DNA from: Epiperipatus broadwayi
Taxonomy: Eukaryota; Animalia; Onychophora
Assembly (NCBI GenBank): GCA_028023455.1
Contig: JAQFVV010000010.1
Location: 16,244,001 to 16,308,000 of the forward strand
Length of the DNA stretch: 64,000 bases
Direction of reading: 5' to 3'
The notes beneath the pieces were generated by a model, which saw only the letters and a list, made by a program, of their open reading frames with translations, made no database searches and was not told the origin of the DNA. Positions 54,361 to 64,000 of the stretch are shown here, in pieces; the first letter of the stretch is position 1, and the number at the start of each line of letters is the position of its first letter. Position numbers and translations under genes: made by a program.

Positions 54361-56400
54361 TCTACAGCTATTCAAAACAAGGCTGACAACCTGAAGCAAA
54401 AACAATCACATATGGTAACTATGCCAAACATTTGTTGAGCTTGCATTTCCATAAAGAAAGCAATCATTGGGAACTGTAGAGGGTTGAATAAAAATAATCA
54501 GTTTTTATTTTTCATAACCAAAATTTATTTATATTTTTAAAGATAATTTATTAAAAAATAATGCTACAAAACACAGTAAAAATGAATTTTCTCAACCATA
54601 ACACAAGATGATCAGATTTAATAAGGAAAGAATAAAGATTTACACCTAGAAAGTTTGGAATTAAAACAAATGCAATTAAACTAATGTATTGGAAATGAAA
54701 AAACAGAGTAAAAGATTTAAATGATTAAAAAAACCTAAAATCATAGAGATTTTTATATCACAGGTAAGATCACTATTAAATTTATAGTTATCAGAAATAT
54801 TTCAAACTTACAAACAACTATTTTGAATTGGCCACATTCAAAGATTTCATATAAAAAATATATTTTAGTTCTGACAACTGTTATAACTAATACATAGTTT
54901 TGTTAATAAAATTTTTATTAAATGTAAAATAAAAGTACATTTTGGAAGATATGGCAATAATATTTCAGATTTATTAAAAGGATAATCTGAGTGAGATTTT
55001 GCTCATTTGTCTATGTTAATTTTAAAATGTCTTACTCGGATAATTTAAAGCCTATAAATAATATGGTATATTCAATTCTAGTGCAGTTGTGCAAATTTTA
55101 TGACATTTGTAATTAAAATTGAATTTATTATTAAATTAGGGATTGAGTTTTTCTATGTTATAATTATATAATATATATGCTAGCATTTTTGTGAAAGTTT
55201 GTTAATTTTAAGAGTAAATGCCTATATGCTATATTGTTATTGTTGGGCCGATTATAAGAATAAAAATATGCAACAAGCTTATGCTACTGTTTACGTAAAT
55301 AGTAAAAGTTAAATGATTAATTTTTGATGCATTTTTAAAATGCTCTTTTTTGAAGAAATTGTATATTTCCTTAATTATGTAACCCAATTGCTTTATAAAG
55401 TGTCGTTATCATCCTACATTTAAGTCTATTTAAAAAACTAAATTACATTTATTTTTATGTTAAACTGTTTATGTATATAAATGGTAAAATAGATTTTAAT
55501 ATTGCTTCTTGGCTTTAACTAATATACATATTTCTAATTTTTCTATCCCTCCTTTTTCATAGACGCCCTTTCTCAATCTTTCTTTTTTTAAAAGGTACAT
55601 TGCCATTTTATCAATCGAGTAGAATTTTGAGATTCCTAGTACTGTGTTTAAGTGCTACTGTTTTAGTGATGTGGAGTTGCTACGTTACTATTTGAAACTA
55701 TTGTTTCTATGGTTACCAACAACGCCAGCTGAGTAGATGAAAGATTTGATTTTTTTTTTTAAAAAAAAATAAATAATATAGTTGCATTACATTAATCTCT
55801 TTATATGTTTTCTATATTCTACCCATTACTTTTTTTTTTAGTTTTAGGATTTTTTTTTTTTAGAATAATTATTTAAAACATTTATATTAGTTTTTAAGTG
55901 ATTTTGACATGTAAAGAGCTGTTACAAAATTGGCATAATTTAGAAAGCTGCTTTCTTAAAGTCCATTATTTTAAATACTGATATATATATATAAGTGTGG
56001 CTAATTTATTGTAGTTAATATTTTTGAAAGTGATATCTATCAGCTTTAGACATTTAATACATGGAGCTTTGTTTAGAAAGTTTTTTTTAAAAAAAAAAAA
56101 ATCTGTATTTACCTACTACATAATTTCAAGATCAAGATCTTTTTTGAGGAACTGGATATTGCTCATCATAAATTGTAATTACATCACACACACAAAACAC
56201 TGCATTTAGTGTAATTATACCAAAATAAGATTATTTTTAAAGCAAATTCATTTTAAAAAATAGTCATAGATCGCATGACCCCATTATCTAAGCTTGTAAG
56301 ATATAAACAGTGAGCATTACCAATTGCTCAACAAAATTTGTGATAAATGCTTAGCCAGAGAAAGTATTTAAAATATCTCTGTCAGGAAATGCCACCAAAT

Positions 56401-56439
56401 CTCTGACCATGGTTTCGTGCTTTGGCACTCATCAGAGAG
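56401..56439 (-). ncRNA. Minimal type I hammerhead ribozyme (canonical core)
   Basis: Minus strand ctct-CTGATGA-gtgc(caaa)gcac-GAAA-c(catg)g-TC-agag: helix I ctct/agag, helix II gtgc/gcac, short helix III with palindromic CATG loop, GUC cleavage triplet. Confidence 0.9.
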
Positions 56440-56763
56440 GCACTAGGATAGCTTGAGACACTAGATCTAAAAATGCCAACCCAAAGCCAGCATTAATCTA
56501 AAAGTTATCGATTGAGAGGAAAATCTGAAATTTTCAGACACCTACATGTCTTCAAACCCAGCTATCCAACTCAAACAGCTATATGGGGCTGAGAGATCTT
56601 CAGCCATCTCTCAGCCCCATATAGCTATTTGAGCTGGATAGCTGGGTTTGAAGACATGTAGGTGTCCGAAAATTTCAGATTTTCCTCTCAGTAGATAAAC
56701 TTTTCGATAAATGATGGCTTTGGGTTGGTATTTTTAGATTAGTGTCTGAAGCTATCCTAGCAC

Positions 56764-56800
56764 CTCTCTGAGGAATGCCAAAGCATGAAATCATGGTCAG
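56764..56800 (+). ncRNA. Hammerhead ribozyme copy
   Basis: ctct-CTGAGGA-atgc(caaa)gcat-GAAA-t(catg)g-TC-ag; compensatory G-C to A-U change in helix II; helix I 3' strand partly lost. Confidence 0.75.
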
Positions 56801-57140
56801 TTTGGGGGGGGGGGTCCTGACAGAGATATTTTAAATGCTTTCTCTGGCTAAGCATTTATCACAAATTTTGTTGAGCAATTGGCAATGCTCACTGTTTATA
56901 TCTTACAAGCTTAAGAGAATGGGATCGTGTGATCTATGATTATTTTTTATTTGACTATTTAAGACTACTAATATATGGTATGGCTGAAGATCTCTCAGCC
57001 CCATATAGCTATTTGAGTTGGAAGCTGAATTTGAAGACAGGTGTCTGAAAATTTCAGATTTTTTTCTCAATAGATAAATTTTAGATAAATACTAGCTTTA
57101 AGTTGGTATTTTTAGATTTAGTGTCTGAAGCTACCCTAGC

Positions 57141-57181
57141 ACCCTCTGAGGAGTGCCAAAGCATGAAATCATGGTCAGAGG
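57141..57181 (+). ncRNA. Hammerhead ribozyme copy
   Basis: accct-CTGAGGA-gtgc(caaa)gcat-GAAA-t(catg)g-TC-agagg; G-U wobbles keep the pairing; predicted cleavage after C57176. Confidence 0.75.
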
Positions 57182-57892
57182 TTTGGGGGGGGGGGTTGCT
57201 GACATATTTTAAATGCTTTCTCTGGCTAAGCATTTATTACAAAGCTTGTTGAGCAATTGGCAATGCTCACTGTTTAAATTCATTTTAAGCTTTATATAAC
57301 AAGTTATGCTGATATGATCATGAATTAGGTGTGCCATATAGAAAGTCATAAAGGACAACATTGGTATGCTGACTGAAGATTGCCCTTTCTTGTTATAGTT
57401 AGAAAGTTCAAATTTGGCAAACCACATGTATCATAATATCTTTTATTCTGAATTCTGTACCGAGTTTCACTATCCTCTTAACTATTCTTTATAATAATAG
57501 TCTAGTTATTACTTTATCTTTTTTTTTTTTTTATGTTTTAATCAATGCAATGGAGAATGATGTTGGCAACGGTTGATTACAATCATCATATATAAAATTT
57601 CATTTTAAAGTGGCAGGAACAAGCATTCTGAAATTATATTCTTATATTATGAGTACCTTTTTTGTGTTAATATTGAAAACAAAATATTAATGTGTTGAAT
57701 AGATTAAGCAATGGGATAAAATAATGTGATTATCTATGATACCTTTATTAATCTGTTATGGAACCATAGTTTGTTTCAAAAACTGTTTATATTGGGTGAA
57801 ATGGACTTTTAAAGCATTCAAACAATATCTAGAGGAATATTGAGTAATTCCTCATGGAAAAAGTTCATATATTTTTCTGATTGTCTATGCAG

Positions 57893-58003
57893 AATATTGA
57901 CCTGTTACTTATTGGGAAAACTGGAAGATGCACAACCTCATTCTTTTGCCTCTCAGACCATATATATTCCGCTTGTGAATCTCATGATTAATTGTTTTGA
58001 TAT
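57893..58003 (+). CDS. Candidate 111-nt symmetric exon (xILTCYLLGKLEDAQPHSFASQTIYIPLVNLMINCFD)
   Basis: ctatgcag acceptor, gtaggt donor, length a multiple of 3, open throughout in phase 2. Confidence 0.4.
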
Positions 58004-58737
58004 GTAGGTATTTGAATATTTAGATGGATGAAATAAGGAAAATTTGTTGATGTGATTATATATGTATTATAGTATGTAACAAATATTATAATTTTTTTTT
58101 AAAGGTGAAATAATGTATACAATCTTTATACACCGTTTATACTTCATTCAAATCATTGGTCATTTAAATTTTGTATCATTTGTAGGCTTAGAGTTGCAGT
58201 GTGCTAAAAATTTTAAAAAAAAATTTCCAGCACTTTGAAATGTGTGAAAAGGCCTGGAAGATTTATGGATATTGGTTTTTTAAAACTACATCATATCAAA
58301 ATGTTGATCTTTCTTCGTCTTTAAATTTATATAATTTTTTTTTGTACTTGGACAACTAACCTACACAAGTAGCTTTATTAGAAGGAATATTCAATTTTAT
58401 ATATATTAGTGGTACAATTATGATCCCTATTAGTTTTGGCTCTTATAAAACAATGCCTAAAGTCTGTATGGATTTTTAAAAATAATTTTTTAATGTGTCA
58501 TAGGCTTTAGCCCAGATTATATATATATATATTAATGTTTAAAAGTATTGTATTTAGTAAAATTATTGTAAATTATCATATATATTTTTGTGTGTATATG
58601 AAGAAATGATGGCCTAATTATATATAATATTACTAAATACAGTCTATAGGCAACAAGTTATTAAATTTTATGCAATAATCACAATCTAAATATATCTAGC
58701 ATTATATAGTTATATATTGTATGATCAAATGACAAGA

Positions 58738-58805
58738 TTTCATGGTGCAGTGGTAATGCATCTTCCTGTCATACCTATAACAGGTTTTGAATTCTATCCA
58801 GGCAA
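58738..58805 (+). mobile_element. tRNA-derived SINE head
   Basis: tggtgcagtggtaa (A-box) .. aggttttgaattc (B-box-like). Confidence 0.5.
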
Positions 58806-60199
58806 AAAAAATTTTAGGTTCTAGTCTGACTTAGATTTTTCCATCTAGCTCACTGTAACCAATCCATTTTAGCATCAAAAATTAATTAATAATTAGATAT
58901 TTAATTATTCTTGACTAGAGAATAGAACTGTCATGAAAAACTGCTCAAAGCCTCAATGTTCAACAATTAATCTAATGGATAATGCTTTCTTTATTATTCT
59001 GTGATAATCTAGAGATTTCTGTTCTGCAATAAGCTATTTAATTAAAGACTGACTTTTTGTTCCCAGTCACACAAGCAGATATGTAACATTCAAGCAACAA
59101 AATAGCTGGACAAGTACAGTAGTTCCATTCTTTTAATGATTTAACACTGTTCTTCCAAGTCTTAATTGTCATTAAGTTGAATTGCCTAGATAAAGAAAAA
59201 TAATTTGCCATTCATGTAGTCAAGTGATATTATAGCATAAAATGAAGTAGGGTTAACGTAACAGTTCTAATCAATTAATCAAAATTTTCAGCTGGAATTA
59301 TTCCAGGAATATTTAGCTCCTCAATCTGCAACCCTATCATTGCATTGATTAAGCAGGACATTACTTATAAAATAGTAGATAAGAAGTAAAAAGCAAATGG
59401 AGAAAATGTGATCAAATTTTTTTTTAATTGAATGCATTTTCCTAAAGAGCCGACTTAATATATGAATAGTAGTGGGGATTAAAAAGTAAAAATTGTGTTA
59501 TTTAAAATAATATTTCTCAATTGTTTTCTCTATAAACAGCTTAGATTCCAGAAAAAAAAATCCACTGATTTATATCATAATTAAAATAAATTATTTATTT
59601 ATTTTATCTGTGACATTATATATAAATATAACTGGTTCAGTTCCTGAAATGCATGCTGCTTTTTTTTTTACTCACTTGTCATTGACATAATCTCTTAGTT
59701 AATACTAAAAACTATTCAAGTGTATAGTCATATTATTTATTATTCATGAATAAATTTTTTTTAAAAAAATCACAGAATAATGAGCAAAAGAAATATTGAT
59801 TAATCATAAAAAGTATGTTTATAAAATCCCAAACTATATAATTATTATAAAGATAATATTATTTAAGAATAACAAAAATCATAGAAAACCACATTGATTG
59901 ATTCAAAAATTACAGGTATATAATTATTGTAATATAATCAATTGTTACAAAAAATATTGAACACAAAAAAATCACAAAATTGAAAGCTAAAGAACTGTCA
60001 TCAAGATGGTAGTAATAATAGAAAATGATATTCAATTTAAAATTTTAATGTGATTGTTATTGTTTACTTTTAATTAGTAATTCAAGTTAACATCAGAATT
60101 GATTAAAGTGAGGTAAAGAGATGAACCTATGGAAAGACTTTCTGAGTTTTTTTTTTATAGTGCAAATTGCCAAAAATCCCCTTTCCCATAGTTATGCTG

Positions 60200-61480
60200 T
60201 CGCGAAGATTTGGGTACTCAATTTTCATTTTGATACAAAATTTATTTAAATTCATTGTGGGAAAGTTTGATTTTAATGTCAATGTGAACTAATTTCCAAG
60301 AGATATAATTATTCTGGATTATTTAAATTTGTGATGGTGTTTCTAAAATCCCTGAAAGATCCATAAATTCATCTCGCACAAGTTTATTTCAGATGGAAAA
60401 TATTTTTCAAAACCATCATACAATAATTGTATATGATGACAAATAATTTTATCTAACTTCAAATTGGCTAATCTTGGTGCTCATTAATAAAATCCTAAGT
60501 AATTAACAGATCACAGTTACTTTCTTTTACTCAGCCAAAATTGAATTTTCTTTTTAAATCCATCAATTTTATTATATAAATGGAATATTTTCTTTCCACT
60601 TCCCTGTAGGCTTACATTTAAATCATTAATGTAGGAAAATATATCACTTAAGTATGCTAGTTTTGCAACCCATTTGATTCCATGAAAACAGTTTGCCAGT
60701 GAATTTTTTTTTTTTGTAACTAAGAATATTTCTATTTCTGTTCTAAATTCAAATAGCCATCTTAGCATTTTATCTCAAGAGAACCATCTGACGTCAGTAT
60801 GAATTAATTCTTCATATTCTGCTCCAATTTTTTGACAAAATAATGTGATTAGTCTGGAATTTTGATAGCTTTTTTTACAAGATTTACCATTTTTATAGAT
60901 TCAACTAAGACTTCATGGGATAAATTTTTAGCTGCTAAATGCTGTCAATCTATTATGCAAAGTATAGTTAATAAATCAGAGATCACTACTTCTTGAATAT
61001 TTTTTGGTAATACCACAATGCTTACCCATCATACTAGCTGCCCCATCAGTACTTAAACCTACACAATTTTTCCAATCCAAATCATATTTGTTAATGTAAG
61101 AATTTAATACATTAAAAATTTTAATGTATATTGTGTATGAAGCTAGTTATATACAACACAGTCTTCTTAGATGTTTTCAGAAATAAAGTCAATGTACCTA
61201 CTGTAACAGATTAATATAGCTTTTTTGGAAATATCAGATCATTCATTAATTTAAATTGCAAATATTTTTGATTCTTTAGTGGTGTCCTATGTTTTCTGAC
61301 AATGTAGCAATTTATCTTCCAATAATATCATTAGAAAGCGGTATCAATCTGATTTTATTAGCTACCAATGATCCAAACATTTCTGAATAAACATCTAATA
61401 AAATTGGTTGTATCAAAGTTTTCATGGCAGTAAATGATTTTTTCATTTTAGCAATCTGAAGTGCTAATAACTAGAAACAT
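60200..61480 (-). pseudogene. Buster/Charlie-type hAT transposase remnant
   Basis: STDGAASMMGKHCG, HTDVRWFS*DKMLRWLFEFR, and ORF 60517-60768 (WVAKLAYLSDIFSYINDLNVSLQG..FKKKIQFW). Confidence 0.92.
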
Positions 61481-62239
61481 TTTAATAAAGATTTATTTTG
61501 AACAAAAGTTTGTTTAAATGTTTTTTTCTATAAAATAAATTCTTGCTTTTTATATTCAATATATTCAAGTTTTTTTTCCTAATTCTGATTATTTCAACTT
61601 CAAATGTCATAATAATATTTTTAATGTACATCTTGTTCTATAGATTTAGGCCAAAAAATAAATACATACCACAGATATTCATCATTGTAACATCTAATGA
61701 AGGTAGATTTTTTCTGTTGGGTTCCCAAATTGTTTCATTCAATTTTTCTTGAAAGATTGAACTTTATTTTAAAAATAAAATAATGTACTTTGCCTCTTTG
61801 TGTTCATTTTTTTAAAGGTTAAAAATATTTATTCATTTTAATTTTATATTATTTATTTTGTCTGACTTTTAGATTCATCAAATCCTTTTTAAATATATAA
61901 CTTTATAATGAACAAAAAATGTGTGCAAAAGTTTTCAACAATTAGTTTTAAATGTTATTTCTCTAACTTTGCTCTAATGTGGTATGATTTTATGGTGAGG
62001 TTATTTTGTTTTTATTGCAAGTTTTTAATTTTTTTGGTTTACTATATTCCAGTTTTTGTTTTTTTTTAATTATTACAAATTATTTAAAAAAAATTTTTTT
62101 CTAAAATAATATTTAGCTTAAACTTTTTCTTTACTGTTTCTCTATTATAATTTAATATCATTATAATAAATAACTAATAAATGTACCATTGAATTACTTT
62201 TTTATTTTACTGCATTTTTACAGAATTAATAGTTCAAAA

Positions 62240-62594
62240 TAGTCAAAATAAGTCACAGATCACATGACCCAATTCTCTTAAGCTTGTAAGATATAAACAA
62301 TGAGCATTGCCAATTGCTCAACAGTTTTGTGATAAATGCTTAGCCAGAGAAAGCATTTAAAATATCTCTGTCAGGAACCCCCTCTCCCAAACCTCTGACC
62401 ATGGCTTCATGCTTTGGGTTGGTATTTTTAAATCTAGTATCTGAAGCTATCCTAGCGCCTCTGAGTTGTGCCAAAGCACGAAACCATGGCCAGAGGTTGG
62501 GGGGAGGGAATTCCTGACAGAGATATTTTAAATGCTTTCTCTGGCTAAGCATTTATCACAAAGCTTGTTGAGCAATTGGCAATACTCATTGTTT
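62240..62594 (+). mobile_element. Second insertion of the hammerhead element (short inverted arm plus 3' part)
   Basis: 12-bp TSD AATAGTTCAAAA (62228-62239, 62595-62606); same 3' end (ctca(c/t)tgttt) as the 56-kb copy; degenerate hammerhead at 62457-62495. Confidence 0.85.
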
Positions 62595-64000
62595 AATAGT
62601 TCAAAACTATTATTTAAAAGTAAATCTCTAAGAAGTATAACTATGCAATATGGTAGAAGTTGGATAAAATAGGCGGCATAATAAAATGGATTTATTTTCA
62701 TTGAAAATTAGTTTTGAAATTTAGTTTGTAATTATCAAATTTAGGATATTTTTCTTGGACTGGTAAAATCTTTCTGCGGAGGGGGAGGCAGAAACATCTC
62801 AAATATAAGGTGAATGAAATTCACTATTTTAAAAAAAAAAAAATTCATGATTTGATCAGAACTTTTAAAGAATTTTTTTATATGAGCATTGAGAAAATGC
62901 ATATTTTAGAAGCAAAGAAATTATATTAGGCCATTGCATCTAGAAACATTAATTCAGCATATGTATTTTCAGTTAGATAATAGATTTCCTGATAATTAAG
63001 CAATAGCAAGCCTTTGATCATACAAACTACTGCAATTAATTTAGAATATAGAAATGAAAGTAAAATTTGAAACACTTGTCTCTTCACCCACATATATATA
63101 GTTTAAAAAAAAAAACTGCAATATACATATAGTAGTTTATGATAATCAGAAAAAAAATCATTGCAATTAAATATTAAACCTATAATTATAAAGTTAGTAA
63201 AGTTAATTCATATATGCTTTATAAATTAACATAATATGATAGGCCTTTTTGTAAACAACATACACAGTGAAATCAAATGACCAAAGTTCATCTTCATTTG
63301 CCCAGATTTTTTTTTCTTAGTCAATAATCATTCAGGAATTATTTGCTTATCAGAAAATTATTTTATTCATTTAGTTAAACTGTTGAGATCAACTTTTTAC
63401 TTTAAAAAAAATTATATACACTTAAATTGTCTATATAAATCTCAAATAGTTTTATCATTTATAAATAAATAATTGATTGTTAAAAAAAAAAAAAAATTAT
63501 AACTAACTATAGTAGTTTTTATAAGTGAATTGTGCTCTATGTGTTTTCATGTATGTATGTTGCTTTAATTATCTTGGAATGTAAAGCTTTGGAAAGCATT
63601 AATGAATAAAATTTAAAACAAATGGAAGTGATTTATTGTGCAATCTTTGAAGTCACCTGTGTGGTTGAATATTTATTTTCACCTCTTGAAAAGTAATGAT
63701 CTGTTGAGGTAATGAGTAATAATTTCAATATCAATTAAAAAGAGGAGTAATTTCCTGACATGAAGATGATTTGAAGCAAATTAAAATAAATTGATAATAT
63801 TTAGAGGAGGGAAAAAAAAATCAAAATCCAGTTATCACGGAAAGAGATCTTTTTAAAATAGATATTTTAAAATTTTATTTGATAGGAAATGAAAAAAAAA
63901 AACTTTTGATGTATAGTATCTATATACAATATTCTTCAGATTTTTAAAAAGGAAATTTATTCACCTTATACATAAGGGTACAACTTTATTAAAGATTAAA

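Larger units (their letters stand above)
56257..57275 (+). mobile_element. Retrozyme-like non-autonomous Penelope-type element (inverted copy plus ~1.75 tandem copies)
   Basis: 13-bp TSD AAATTCATTTTAA (56244-56256, 57276-57288); ~690-bp palindrome at 56257-56950; direct repeat with a 378-nt period; one hammerhead per unit. Confidence 0.85.

Noticed and set aside
57893-57991. P-loop GTPase start (NIDLLLIGKTG)
   Set aside because: Lacks GKS/T and stops after 32 codons; another frame is open through to the donor site.
174-63900. Most short ORFs in the supplied track
   Set aside because: F/I/K/L/N-rich translations of AT-rich non-coding DNA or antisense frames of transposon remnants.

Overview
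Very AT-rich eukaryotic (probably arthropod, inferred) intronic/intergenic DNA. No long intact protein-coding gene is present. It is mostly a transposable-element graveyard: a 5'-truncated L1/Tx1-type LINE, several RTE LINE remnants, a Penelope-like (GIY-YIG) remnant, piggyBac, Tigger/pogo, mariner-like and Buster/Charlie hAT transposase relics, non-autonomous TIR elements with target-site duplications (TSDs), tRNA-derived SINE heads and tandem arrays. A few weak plus-strand exon candidates suggest an unidentified host gene. Three things stand out. (1) A palindromic/tandem retrozyme-like element (56257-57275, second copy 62240-62594) with 12-13 bp TSDs, a 378-nt repeat period and minimal type I hammerhead ribozymes showing helix II covariation. 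(2) An unclassified ~2.93-kb repeat family ('family X', copies at ~7.8, 20.2, 31.8 and 44.9 kb, all in the same orientation) with hairpins at both ends and two small convergent ORF remnants; one has a TGA at the same codon position in three copies. (3) A Penelope 3' region carrying a tRNA-like head followed by a hammerhead-core-like motif, also found as standalone inverted copies. All alignments and translations were done by eye; coordinates of decayed elements are approximate.
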